A stretch of 64,000 bases of DNA from Tubulanus polymorphus (lineage: Eukaryota; Animalia; Nemertea). Positions 10,614-22,599 of the stretch are shown piece after piece. The stretch lies in assembly GCF_964204645.1 (NCBI RefSeq), contig NC_134030.1, forward strand, positions 2,334,678-2,398,677, given 5' to 3'. Each line of letters begins with the position of its first letter. Position 1 is the first letter of the stretch. A program made the position numbers and the translations under genes. The notes beneath the pieces were generated by a model. It ran no database searches and had not been told where the DNA came from. It was given only the letters and a program-made list of their open reading frames with translations.

Positions 10614-13140
10614 ATGTCGAGTTGTGTGGTTTATCCGTTAGAATGTATACGGCCGAAACAATACGGTGCATTGGTAAGTCACGATCTATTTTCTATTACT
10701 TATTCCCTCAAAAGCCTCTCTGTCTCTTATATGTTTCATCGGGTGCCTTCGCTAGATCACGATTAATAGAACACTTTATCCGTGTTAAAGCGATGTAGAG
10801 AGAATCCCACAATGAAAAGGAAAAACAGTCCGAAAATGTAACATTGAGATAGTTGTTTATTCAACGTTTCGACTATATCCTAGTAGTCATCTTCAGGAAT
10901 ACTGTATTCCTTGAGCTAGTGTAGTTTATTCAACGTTTCGACTATATCCTAATAGTCATCTTCAGGAATACTGTATTCCTTGAGCTAGTGTAGTTTATTC
11001 AATGTTTCGACTATATCCTAATGGTCATCTTCAGGAATACTGTATTCCTTGAGCTAGTGTAGTTTATTCAACGTTTCGACTATATCCTATAGTCATCTTC
11101 AGGAATACTGTATTCCTTGAGCTAGTGTAGTTTATTCAACGTTTCGACTATATCCTAATAGTCATCTTCAGGAATACTGTATTCCTTGAGCTAGTGTAGT
11201 TTATACAACGTTTCGACTATATCCTAATAGTCATCTTCAGGAATACTGTATTCCTTGAGCTAGTGTAGTTTATTCAACGTTTCGACTATATCCTAATAGT
11301 CATCTTCAGGAATACTGTATTCCTTGAGCTAGTGTAGTTTATTCAACGTTTCGACTATATCCTAATAGTCATCTTCAGGAATACTGTATTCCTTGAGCTA
11401 GTGTAGTTTATTCAACGTTTCGACTATATCCTAATAGTCATCTTCAGGAATACTGTATTCCTTGAGCTAGTGTAGTTTATTCAACGTTTCGACTATATCC
11501 TAATAGTCATCTTCAGGAATAATGAGATACTACAAAAATTATGAGATATATATATATACAATCCAGAGACAAAGAGACTAATTCAAGTAATCAGAGATGA
11601 TACAAACTACTTCGCTAGACCAACATGGGAACGTATACTCTTCTCTCTACTACTTTATCTTACTATTATTTGTAAATTGTTAATTCTTTGCTAGTCAACA
11701 GTTTTATCAGTGTAGGTAAAATAATGAGCTACTAGAAAATAGTATCTACATGTATAACTGCATCAGGTAAACAGGTAACATTGTGTCGGTTAAATTGGTT
11801 TTATTTGAAATAACGATCTTCCACGACTTCTCCCGCTTAAAGAGTAACATCAATGGAGAAATAGAAGTTTACTCTCCCAATTTGAAATTCATTTTAATGA
11901 AGTTCCATCTTTTTTCCTTTCTTTCCTCAATTGACTGATTTATCATCTGATGAAGCTACTTTTTATGCGAAAGCTCGTTTATTTCTAATAAAACCAATTT
12001 ATTACCTACATAGTGTACGATACCTGTTTACCGATTTGAGGTCTGGTTAAACAATGTACCTTCATAACTCCTTTCAATTAAAACGTGTCATGGTTTTAAA
12101 TCTATTCAAGATATGTAAATTGTGTGATAATTCAATACCAATTATTTGTGACGAATTCAATATCAATAATTTTTGTTGCCGTATGAATGTATTTCAGCCG
12201 GCGACGAGCGTACAGGCGTTACTGGCTAAATTCCCCGTACATCCGTCTAATCGAGAACCGAAAATTTCCATCACGAAAACAAGTTACGTCAGTCACATTT
12301 TACCGAGACACGCGATCCTTTCTAAAAGAGATTCATCAAGACGAAAGGCTGCTAGCGGAATAGGTTGGTCTAAAGTCCTAGCCGTCGGCTAAAACAATTA
12401 CATTAATTTAATTGATGTGAATCTAAATTCACTTCAATAGAAATGTTCCCTGATTTAAGTTCTTTACCATCTTAGTGCAAATCGTAAAATACAAAACTCA
12501 AGCCCACGATATAATTTTGAAATATCAAAAACGATGTTTAACGATTAGAACGAAATTAAAGGACAACAGTTCGCACTCTTTCTATACCTCTTAAACATAT
12601 TACATTAATTGATATGAAACTAAATTCATTCAATACATTTATAGCAATTATGATGATATCAGCCATTTGTTTTAGTTCCTCAAAACGAAGAACAGGAAGC
12701 GACGTCACCGATTGTAGAGCGCCTCCTACCGTTGGCAACAAGAATCAAGGTAAGTTATTCATAAATGATCGAGTCTATGATATTACGCCGTTGTTCGTTG
12801 TTTCGAAGAAAGTGTTAATTTTCTCACTACAGACAACTAACCTGCCGACTGGAGGTCCTTACAGATTCATGCAGAGGAAGAGAAAATTAGCTCCTCCCGA
12901 AAAAGGTAATAACGAAAAAAAAATCCCTTTAAAATAAAAAAATATCTCATATAACATAACTACATAACAACATATATCTACATAAACCTATCTCATGGCA
13001 TGAGTTTATTGGACTATCGACACGGTGAACTTCTGTTTTTCGTCTATTTCACAGTGTCGGCCATTTTGGAACTAAATGCAAACTACGATGACCGTGGTCC
13101 GCTGCGGTTTCGCAAAATATTTGACTATCAAATGCGATAA
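10614..13140 (+). CDS. Uncharacterised small basic protein, 5 exons, 152 aa
   Basis: Exons 10614-10673, 12198-12363, 12676-12749, 12833-12905 and 13055-13140. Donors are gtaagt, gttggt, gtaagt and gtaata, the acceptors are pyrimidine-rich YAG, and phases 0,1,0,1 join into one ATG-to-TAA frame (MSSCVVYPLECIRPKQYGAL-PATSVQALLAKF...RKRKLAPPEK-VSAILELNANYDDRGPLRFRKIFDYQMR). No homology recognised. Confidence 0.65.
10855..11521 (-). ncRNA. Tandem array of ten 69-nt units, each carrying a minimal type I hammerhead ribozyme motif (Penelope-like element derived)
   Basis: Minus-strand unit: UAUUC-CUGAAGA-U-GACUAU(uaggau)AUAGUC-GAAA-CG-UU-GAAUA. Cores (cttcagg on +) start at 10891, 10960, 11029, 11097, 11166, 11235, 11304, 11373, 11442 and 11511. 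Confidence 0.75.
11764..12033. mobile_element. Degenerate inverted Penelope-like terminal repeat with a hammerhead-like core
   Basis: Imperfect inverted repeat (ggtaaacaggta...aaattggttttatt / aataaaaccaattt...tacctgtttacc) enclosing CTGATGA-A-GC...GC-GAAA-GC-TC at about 11948-11975. Confidence 0.5.
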
Positions 13141-13509
13141 AGTTCGTCGATTTTAAGGTCACATATAAAAGAGATAATGATTTCAAACGATGTATTTTTT
13201 CGACTCATTTTTAGATCACGTGGAAATATTCTACTTTACGGATTCAAATCGACGCAATTCGCTACAAATCCCGTCATGCTCCGCGGACAACTCGGCGTCT
13301 CGTGATATCCGTAGCGTCTCGGGTCACGCGCTCTCCCGACGTAAATGGATTCAGCCCCCGGTTGATCACCTGAAAGCTAAAAGTTAGTAAAAGTTGCCAG
13401 CAGGTGCAGATGTTCCACCGTTTGGCTATACACCGCCACCCCGCCTACCGCCAGGTTTCTCAATGTTCATCTCTATACAAATACATAGTAAAACATCCCC
13501 GATATAACG

Positions 13510-13901
13510 ACATACTCTCTATACCGCCATACTCTCAATACCGCCATACTCTCTATACCGCCATACTCTCTATACCGCCATACTCTCTATACCGCCATAC
13601 TCTCTATACCGCCACACTCTCTATACCGCCATACTCTCTATACCGCCATACTCTCTATACCGCCATACTCTCAATACCGCCATACTCTCTATACCGCCAT
13701 ACTCTCTATACCGCCATACTCTCTATACCGCCATACTCTCTATACCGCCACACTCTCTATACCGCCACACTCTCTATACCGCCACACTCTCTATACCGCC
13801 ATACTCTCTATACCGCCATACTCTCTATCCCGCCATACTCTCTATACCGCCATACTCTCCATACCGCCATACTCTCTATACCACCATACTCTCTATACCG
13901 C
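13510..13901. repeat. 17-bp minisatellite (ccgccatactctctata), about 23 copies
   Basis: Directly visible; it produces the spurious repetitive ORF 13404-13955. Confidence 0.95.
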
Positions 13902-16520
13902 CGAAATCGTTCTGCACCGATGAGGACGGTATATCGGGGGCCTACTGTAGATTGATATCTCAGCGTTGATGATATTCAACAATTTCACGATTGATGATAT
14001 TTCAAAGTAGTTCCATCTCGGGATGAGAAACAGTTGAATAACTGTACAGTTGAGATTAGTTCATTTTCAATGTTTTGAATCAATGGTAGACAATTTAATT
14101 AAGAACTGTGAAACTAGATCCTTAATAAACGTGGACCCGGCTCCATAACCTAAGATGAAAAACTTCGTTTAAGATGTTTTAACTCTGAATCCAATGTTGG
14201 CCGAGACGACTGTTGTACTGGATCCGTGATGTTTATGAGACTGTAATACTGAATCCGTGCTGTTTATGAGACTGTAATACTGAATCCGTGCTGTTTATGA
14301 GAATGTCTGATGTTCATTATTTTTCTCATTGATAGGTTTTGACGGCGGCGCTGCGGCAATCCCCGGTCGGGGATACGACTCCAATTACCTTCACAATCTA
14401 CGACTCTCGATTCTAAATTCGAAACCGATTTATTAAACAACAGTTTCAAGAATTTCCTAGTAGTTTTCTACTTGATAAGTGTGCGACAGTTTAATGAGGG
14501 CAAAGTATAGAAGACAAATTGAAAACGGGATTGAATGTATATTTTGTAAATAAAGTTTGAATTTTATTCGAAGTACTTATGTTTTGGGAACTTAATGAAT
14601 GATTAAGGATACTTTGCGTATCTAGAGAGGTGGATGTATCAGATGTGGATCAGAGGAGTATCAGCGGGTATCATAGGGGTATCGGATAGATCTAAAGTAT
14701 CCAACGCGCGTTGGGCGAAACTGAACACTTTTTCGCGAATCGAACACTTTAGCGAAAGATTTTTTTATGCTAATAGTATTTTATTTTTTCTGTGACATAT
14801 CGAAAACGTTTTTATCGAGGAGAAAACGTTGTTCCCCGCGCCCGTAAGCGTCGCTGGGTCGTGTGCATCGCTGGGTCTTTCTGTGAGTTAATCCATCACG
14901 ATTATGCATGATGCTATTTTCTTTGCCGACGATTTCGAAAAAGCGATTAGACGAATTTCTAGTTTCGCTTGATAAACGAAGCAATATAAATAAATGCGGT
15001 TGAAAATTGCTCATAGTGTAAACACACTGAGACGCAGATAGTATATAGAGGATCGGTCACGTGTGACCGGACTAGTTCTCTCATCGGACTAGTTCTCTCG
15101 CCGGACTAGTTCTCTCGTCGGTCGTCATTATGCAATGCGGCGTTTGACTTGTTGTCTTTCGTTGAATAATTCAACTGCGTGACGTACAAGCCGCAACACA
15201 AGCCACGCTTGGTCACACGTTCGTTTATCGTAACGACAAAACATTAACGCCGCCAATTTCATATATGCGTTCGAGCGGTTCGAGCTAATTTTCCTGAATG
15301 AGTTCTCCGCAAAAAGAGAGCGACAACGCAATAATGAATGACTGGACACAAACATTTTTTCGTTGAATGAATAATGAATTTGGAAAAGAAAAAATCTTGC
15401 ATCGCATGTTATAGATGACTGCCCAGGTATACGAGATAAACTCCGCAATAAATCAGGCAAAGATGGAAAAGTTCAATGGAAGACGATCGCCCGATGTTGG
15501 CTAATAGTCTTTAGGCGAAACGTTGCTCAAATATATAATCACCTCGCTATTGAACTTATCATCTTCGGCTGAATTATTGTGGGATTTATTGTGTATATTG
15601 ATCATACAAGCATATTGAGCACGTTCTCGACTTAACAACCGCCCAGGGCTTGCATTTATTTCGTCCCATGGTCTGGCTTTGACCGCAGCCATGGCCTAAG
15701 ACCAGTCTAAGACCATTTTATTTCTTAAGCCAAAGAGTTGATGCAGTCTTAAGATTTGAAGCCCCTTTTTTGGACTAAAATGTTTACAGTGCAACTGAAC
15801 CCAGTTCCATAGTCGAGACGTGGCCTTAGATCTTAAGACTGGTCTTAAATTGTGGTATTTAGCTTAAGAACTAAGTTAACTAAGCCATCACTGCGTAACT
15901 GATCTTCAGTACATAGGTCAATGCGTCCTTCAGAACTGAGAACAAAACACTTATGTTCTTTCGTACAATAATGCCTCTTTTATATTTCATTTCTATATCG
16001 TTTAATGATATCGAAAATATCGTCTGGAAATGCAATACATCTAATGCGTATATGTGGGCTAACTGACATTGAACATGATACATGATAGTGTTATTATCTA
16101 CAGTTCGAGAGGATCATTTATTCTGCGGATCGGAAATTCTATTGTGTCGGATCCTTTTTATCAACTCAAACAGTTACCGGATGATATCATATTTCTAGAG
16201 AACCATCTTATCGCAACGAAGTAACACGATAAATATATAATCGAGTTTCATACGCACGTTGGTACTAGACCGATAATGATGCCAATAGCGGATCTTAGAT
16301 ATCAGATACACGAATATATTAAATAGTTCCAATAGATCATATGTTATTTAAAAAGAACCGGAAGTACGCCGTGACAGCACTTCCGGGTAGGGAAATGAAT
16401 AAGAGAATCACACGTGGTAGACTGGGACAGCTGCAAAGGAGTCGCTTTCACTTCTAACTTTACCCAAGCTCGAAGATGTGATAGGACTTTCTACTCAATC
16501 CATTGCATCCGGTGCATTGA

Positions 16521-17940
16521 CTTACAATTTACAATCAAATCATTGCGGTTATGGACCCAGTTCAACACTATGAATAATGATATCATTTTTGAGACTTCTT
16601 CAAAGTAAATTTCAACCAACCTGCTTTTTAGTAGATTCAGACACATGACTCTTAGGTTTTTCATGAGGAAATTAATCCTCATCATCGGTATCGTTTCCAT
16701 TTTGATATCTGGTATTGTGTGACGAATAACTCAATACTAACTACAACAACAATGTACTAAATAAACTGTGATTTTCTTTCATAAGACTCTTCATAAAAAC
16801 AAAAATTCATCTAATTTCAATTTTACCTGATTTATAGTCAGATTCGTGACTCGGACCTTGAGGAATTTGCTCATTTCTTCCTAAACTCTGATGTTTTCCT
16901 TTCCTCTGGTTTTGAGCATCTCTTACAACAACAGTCCACTAGCTACAACAAAAATACATAAAAGTAACCAGTTTCATTGAGTCGACTGTTCCTGCAAAGA
17001 AATTCAAGTTCAATTTTACCTGATTCATAGTCAATCTAGACACATGACATAGAAGAGAAATTGCTCAGAACTTCAGTTACTTTTCGTATCTTCTTGAACT
17101 TTCTGTTTGATGTGGAGATTCCCCAGAGTACTTCGATTTCTGGGTACAAACACTGAAAGAAGTCCCGAATTGACGGAGAAATTTGTCGGCATCTCTGATC
17201 TGATCTTTTCCGGTCGTCTGATATTCTACGGCCAACCACAAGCTCAATACTACAATGACAAAACACAAAATATGAATTATGATATCATTTTTGAGACTCT
17301 TCTTAAAAATAAATTTCAATTATACCTGCTTTATAGTCAATTCAGATTCATGACTCGGACCTTGAGGAATTTGCTCAACACTTCCTGAACTCTGATGTTT
17401 CCTTTCCTCTGATTTTGAGCATCTCTTACGACAACAGTCCACTGGCTACAACAAAAGTACATAAAATAAACATAACCATCTTCTTTTCAACTGTTCCTGC
17501 AAAGAAGTTCATATCAATTACAATTTTACCTGATTCATAGTCAATTCAGACTCGATCGTGACACCTTAAACATTTCTCAACGACAACTGGAAAAATCCTG
17601 GATGTTTCCTGTCAATCGTTTGGTATTTTGTACTTGAAGACCAAATCAATACACGCTACAACAGGGAAATATGAAATACTCGTAATACTAACTTACCGTC
17701 CTAGTTGAGAACATTCTTATCTACAAAGAAATTTATAGCAATTTATACTATACCTGATTTATAGTCTTTACTTAGTGAAAAGAACCTCAGGAACTTTCAG
17801 TATCATCTTGAACTCTCTGTTTGGGGAGTGGAGATTCCTCAAGTACTGCAGATTTCTGCTGACAACAGACACCAATCCAACACTTCTCTTTCTGGTACTT
17901 TCATCTTTCTCTTTCCTCTCGTTTTACAAATTGATATCTA
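16521..17940 (-). ncRNA. Candidate spliced non-coding transcript (or decayed gene) made of tandemly duplicated exon-intron modules
   Basis: Six related donors of consensus GACTAtaAAtCAG|GT, five clear Y-rich TTGTAG acceptors, introns of 76-100 nt, mutually similar exons and no continuous ORF. Confidence 0.45.
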
Positions 17941-18194
17941 ATTATTTGACATTTTGATATTTTTACCATCATAAAATTGATATTATGTTTATCTTTACAT
18001 AATCGTTATTCGAGATAGTACAAGGAATGATACAAATAATACATTCCTTAACGTTCCTTAATTTTAAACTCACAGCTGTTTGTAAATTCTTTCCACACAC
18101 AAAGATGGCATGCTGCATGCTGATCGATTTGCTAACCATGCGCATGGACCCGCGGGTGTGCCAGTGCTGTTTAGTGCAATTGATGCGTCGGTGC

Positions 18195-18345
18195 AAGTGC
18201 AAAGTGAGACGTCAAGTGCATAGTGGGACGTCAAGTGCAGAGTGAGACGTCAAGTGCAAAGTGGGACGTCAAGTGCAAAGTGAGACATCAAGTGCAAATT
18301 GGGATTTCAAGTGTAAATTGGGACGGCACGTGTAAATTGAGATGT
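18195..18345. repeat. 19-bp minisatellite (gtgcaaagtgagacgtcaa), about 8 degenerate copies
   Basis: Directly visible. Confidence 0.85.
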
Positions 18346-19087
18346 CACTTGTTTTCACCAGTGTTTACGATGATCGACCATCTTTCTGAAGATGCTTAAA
18401 GCAATTTGAATTCTAACTGTTTTTTACACTGTCGGCTCACAGACTTAGAAACTGGTTAACCTCATCATCAGAGTTTAGACGCCGACAATTTTATCACTCC
18501 TTAAGTGGAGTAATATAATCAAGTCACTAACAATTCAGTTTATGTCAAAATTTAATTGTCAATTCAAGAAGGGAAAGGAGGGGAAGGCATTAAACCTCAA
18601 TATCACCCCAGCCTTAAGTCACTTACAATTCAGTTTATGTCACAATTAACTTGACAATACGGGAAGGGAGGGATCACTAAATCTCAATTCTAACACTAAA
18701 CTTTCAATCCTGACCAATGAAAAGTACCTATATTACCGCCAAGTTTAGAAAATCATTATCGGATGGGATTCGAACCTGATCAACGCCACAAAAAATTCCA
18801 TCTGGTTCGAATGCACGCAAATTCAATCATTATTCACAGTGATGTGTCCTCAGTTTACCTCAGTTATCTGTTTAACTTAATCCGTTTGACAAACTCTTTC
18901 AGATGCATTCTGAAAATTGATTTTAACTGAACACATACGAAATCACATACGAGACAAACTTACACACACGAAAATGTAATTTCAGAGGGTATAATTTGAA
19001 ACGTCAATAAGAGCAGCCCCAAGTTGTGATCGGTAGTGTGAGTGAGTACTGAACCCTGTGATGGCTCTCAGTACGTACAGTCGGTTT

Positions 19088-19382
19088 AGAATACGAATAC
19101 GAATATTTATTACACTCCAACCATTCCCGTGGAGGAGAAAACAGTATTTACAATTATTTACAAAAAAACAGTAGATAAAAGCACTTTGAAACATAACAGA
19201 CGTTATTTACAACATACTATTTACACGGTATTTTACTGTTGGGTGCTGCCCCTATGTGTATCATAAGCGGTACATTTGTGAACTAACTGATAGTTCAATT
19301 TTCCTACTGCGGCGCGCGAGTAATGAGTTAGTTCATATATTCACCGTCAACGATATGTATAGGGGCAGCACTTGACGGTTAA
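19088..19382 (-). mobile_element. LINE 3'-UTR fragment with (ATTCGT)n tail next to a degenerate TTAA-ended MITE
   Basis: 19088-19227 is nearly identical to about 22275-22415. 19230-19382 ends in ggggcagcacttgacggttaa, like the MITE at 22600-22735. Confidence 0.65.
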
Positions 19383-19593
19383 AATATATGATGGGTTAGA
19401 ACATTATTCAGTATTTACACGGTTCAAACCCGGGACACCCCCAGTACATCCTTTATTTATCTTCTAGTTATTTGTCTATTTCTGGTTATTTAAGTCTATT
19501 TAATAGGTCTAGTTATTTATTCTTTTTTCTAAGTTTAGTTATCAAAGGTAGCCTGAAAAATGTGGCGGTGTGTCGAGATTCATCGATAAGAGA

Positions 19594-19652
19594 TTGCTGC
19601 TGCTGCTGCTGCTGCTGCTGAAGCTGCTGCTGCTGTAGCTGCTGCTGCTGTA

Positions 19653-19684
<32 letters not shown>

Positions 19685-19721
19685 AGCTGCTGCTGCTGCT
19701 GCTGTAGCTGCTGCTGCTGTA

Positions 19722-19789
<68 letters not shown>

Positions 19790-19838
19790 AGCTGCTGCTG
19801 CTGTAGCTGCTGCTGCTGCTGCTACTGCTGCTGCTGCT
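19594..19838. repeat. (GCT)n trinucleotide repeat with GTA interruptions
   Basis: Directly visible; source of the poly-Ala ORF 19580-19879. Confidence 0.97.
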
Positions 19839-20103
19839 CGCGAGGTCGCGCTGAGAACTGACTGCTCAATTATACGCACACATACCAGTGGTTAGTTGAG
19901 ATTGTGATGATCGATGGATGTGTATTACGGAAACTGAGTCGTTTGCAGATAATTATCGGTAATCAGTGAAGATTAACGATATAAATACGGCGCTCGTATT
20001 TGTCCTGTTGTTCGCCGTGAACTTCAGCATTTAACGCCACAATCTCGCGCTGAATTTACAACACTGATCAGAACCGCGAGTGATCCCAACACGCGGGTCA
20101 AAG

Positions 20104-20438
20104 CATCCTCCCTCTGCAGGGACTCGAACCTGATGGCATCGCTACACTCAGCCACGGCACGAACCCCTGCATCAGTAGACCGGGTGCGCAGGTACATGCG
20201 CAGCTTTCCGAACGAAAACTGGCGGCACCAATCAGATTGTTGTATAATCGTTGAGGCATATTTCAAGGAAGAACTATAAATGGGAAAACCCGGGCTAAAA
20301 TAAAACGGGATTTCTGATTGGCTAAAAATCACATCATCTGAACTGCGCATGTATCTGCGCACACGGTCGATTTTGGCAGGGTTTCGTGCCGTGGCAATCT
20401 CGATGCCATAAGGTTCGAATCCCTGCCGGGGGAGGATG
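20104..20438. mobile_element. Foldback element whose arms end in outward-facing Pol III B-box (tRNA-like) sequence
   Basis: About 90-bp imperfect inverted arms, catcctccctctgcagggactcgaacct... / ...aggttcgaatccctgccgggggaggatg. A solo arm occurs at 49535-49602. Confidence 0.7.
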
Positions 20439-20782
20439 GGGTCAGAGTTACAACTCAAAAACAGAGGAGCGCCGGGTCATCGCGCATTTATGAGTTCCTT
20501 CCTTACTACCAACCCGCAAGGACACATTAATTTTCGAAATAAGGACATGACTGTTAGTCAGTTTAAACGACAAGCCGCGAGGTCCTCAAATTTCCCCACA
20601 TTTTTCGGAGAACTAATTTGCTCAATCTGCGTAACTCAAATTCAATAACATAACGCCAAATTCGTAATAACGCTCCATTTTCCCTTGGTCCCAACTTACG
20701 GTGCCGTTATAAAGGACAGTTTCAATTCAGTCCTACTCACTGTTGTACTACGTAGATCCGTAAGTCAAAGCTTACTGTGAAA

Positions 20783-21018
20783 ATAAGTAACGAGACGAGT
20801 AGTACTGTTTAGGTTAACTATTTATTTGACGCACGAGCTTTCGCTTCTAATGTATAGAAGCTTCATCGGGTGAATGAGAGAATTCAGGTGAATGAGAGAA
20901 TTCAGGTCAATGAATCCCTCGCTCATTCACCCGATGAAGCTTCTATACATTAGAAGCGAAAGCTCGTGCGTCAAATAAATAGTTTACCTATATAGAACTA
21001 CTCGTCTCGTTACTTATT
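20783..21018. mobile_element. Inverted pair of Penelope-like terminal repeats, each with a hammerhead motif
   Basis: About 100-bp inverted repeat. The motif CAC-CCGAUGA-A-GCUUCUA(uacau)UAGAAGC-GAAA-GC-UC-GUG lies at 20928-20968 (+) and is mirrored at 20832-20872 (-). Confidence 0.7.
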
Positions 21019-22255
21019 GACAGGTTTTACCAGGTTAACACGGCTACTCTACGAATATTCTCATCTGTGAAAAGAAGAAGTTTATACAAATCAATGAGTA
21101 ACTGTGATGAGTCAAAACTCACAACACTATGGCATGGACATTTTGTCAAAATTAGAATAGTATTTTTGACGCATCAAAGATGAGTAAGATTGAGGAAATT
21201 TGTTGTCTTGAAAAAGGTTCGGAAATTTAAGGACCTCTCGCTGCTTAAACTGCGTGCGTGACTTTCTAAATATTGTTTGTCTTTTTCTTTACAACTTTCA
21301 ACAGAATATTCCATCAACCCACTACATTTATTTATTAGAAAAGACACATTTAAATATATATTATCTGAAAACCAATAATTTGAGGAGGTGAATCGTGGAC
21401 CCATTCGGCAAATTGAGGAAATAATCGGAAATTATCGTTGAACTCAAACGATCACGTTTTTCATCAAAAATGGCGGCGCGGGTGTTTCCGGTCGCTGATT
21501 CATCGTATCCAATTTTACACTCGGTCACGTGACTCGATACGTGCAAATAATCGACAACAGGCTGAGTAAGAGTGAGAGAGTGAGGTCAGGACATGATCGA
21601 TCAAAATTTATAACTGTAAAACTAATGCGTGAAACGATCGTAAATTCCGAAACGGCATAATTTCTATTCGTCGTTTCGTGTTTGCGATCTGACATTGTTC
21701 ATTATCGGCGCGTTTTGCAAGTCAAACAGACCTAACACTCTCTCGACGAGTCGGCGCGGACTGAGTAAATATTTTTTATTGGACGTACATGTATGTATGA
21801 TCAAACGGCGTAGCCTCAGAACGTGCGTCAGAAAATAAAAAGAGTAACGCATCGTGCCAAATAATTATTGTCGTTTTATTATCATTGACATGTGACGATC
21901 ATACAATATTTAAACATCCCTCTGATATTAGCATTGACGACTTTATCCGTGGCGCTGCAAATGTGTACGGTAAACATAAAGCGTCTGCAGCAGGTCCGTC
22001 CGGTGACAATAATTCCAAGCGAAAAATCATGAAACTTTTCATATCAATAATTATCTTCATTTAAGAAAGACGTTATACTTTTATGTCATGGCGAAACTTC
22101 ATATCAATTGTAAAGCGTTTATACTTCTGCACAAATGTTGTTGACTTTTCATCGAAACCACAAAGAAATGTCTCTTGAACTTAGTAGAAGTTTTCTAATG
22201 CGCTTTGAGAGATTTTTTTGTTGAAAGCATTAAATCAATAATCTCGCAATCTACC

Positions 22256-22599
22256 CGAATACGAATATGAATACGAATACGAATACGCATATTTATTACA
22301 CTCCAACCATTCCTATGGTATATGGAGGAGAAAACAGTATTTACAATTATTTACAAAAACACTAGATTAAAGCACTTTGAAACATAACACACGTTATTTA
22401 CAACATACTATTTACACACTACCGGAGGGATCTATATACATCTAGACCTAATTTGTTAAATTTGGCCAGTTTAAAGGTTGGATTCTTTAAAACATCAAGA
22501 TTCCGAAAGGTATTTGAATTTAGGTTGCTTTCACGGAATACGGTAAGTAATTTACAGTCAAAAATGAAATTTAGTTCGTCGCCTAAAACGATACAGTTC
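22256..22599 (-). mobile_element. 5'-truncated LINE 3' end (degenerate C-terminal zinc-knuckle region, 3' UTR and microsatellite tail)
   Basis: The minus frame reads CIVLGDELNFIFDCKLLTVFR, resembling the GDExHFxxxC CCHC motif at the end of non-LTR ORF2. It is followed by AATAAA and an (ATTCGT)n tail. Confidence 0.7.

Noticed and set aside
10855-11521. CRISPR-like regular array
   Set aside because: Units repeat head to tail with no unique spacers, there are no cas genes, and the context is eukaryotic.
13090-13116. GPLRF motif as an RFamide neuropeptide
   Set aside because: No amidation Gly follows RF, there is a single copy, and the protein has no signal peptide.
13404-13955. 183-aa ORF
   Set aside because: It is the translation of a 17-bp minisatellite.
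19580-19879. Poly-Ala antifreeze-like ORF
   Set aside because: It is a (GCT)n microsatellite with a non-ATG start and no splice context.
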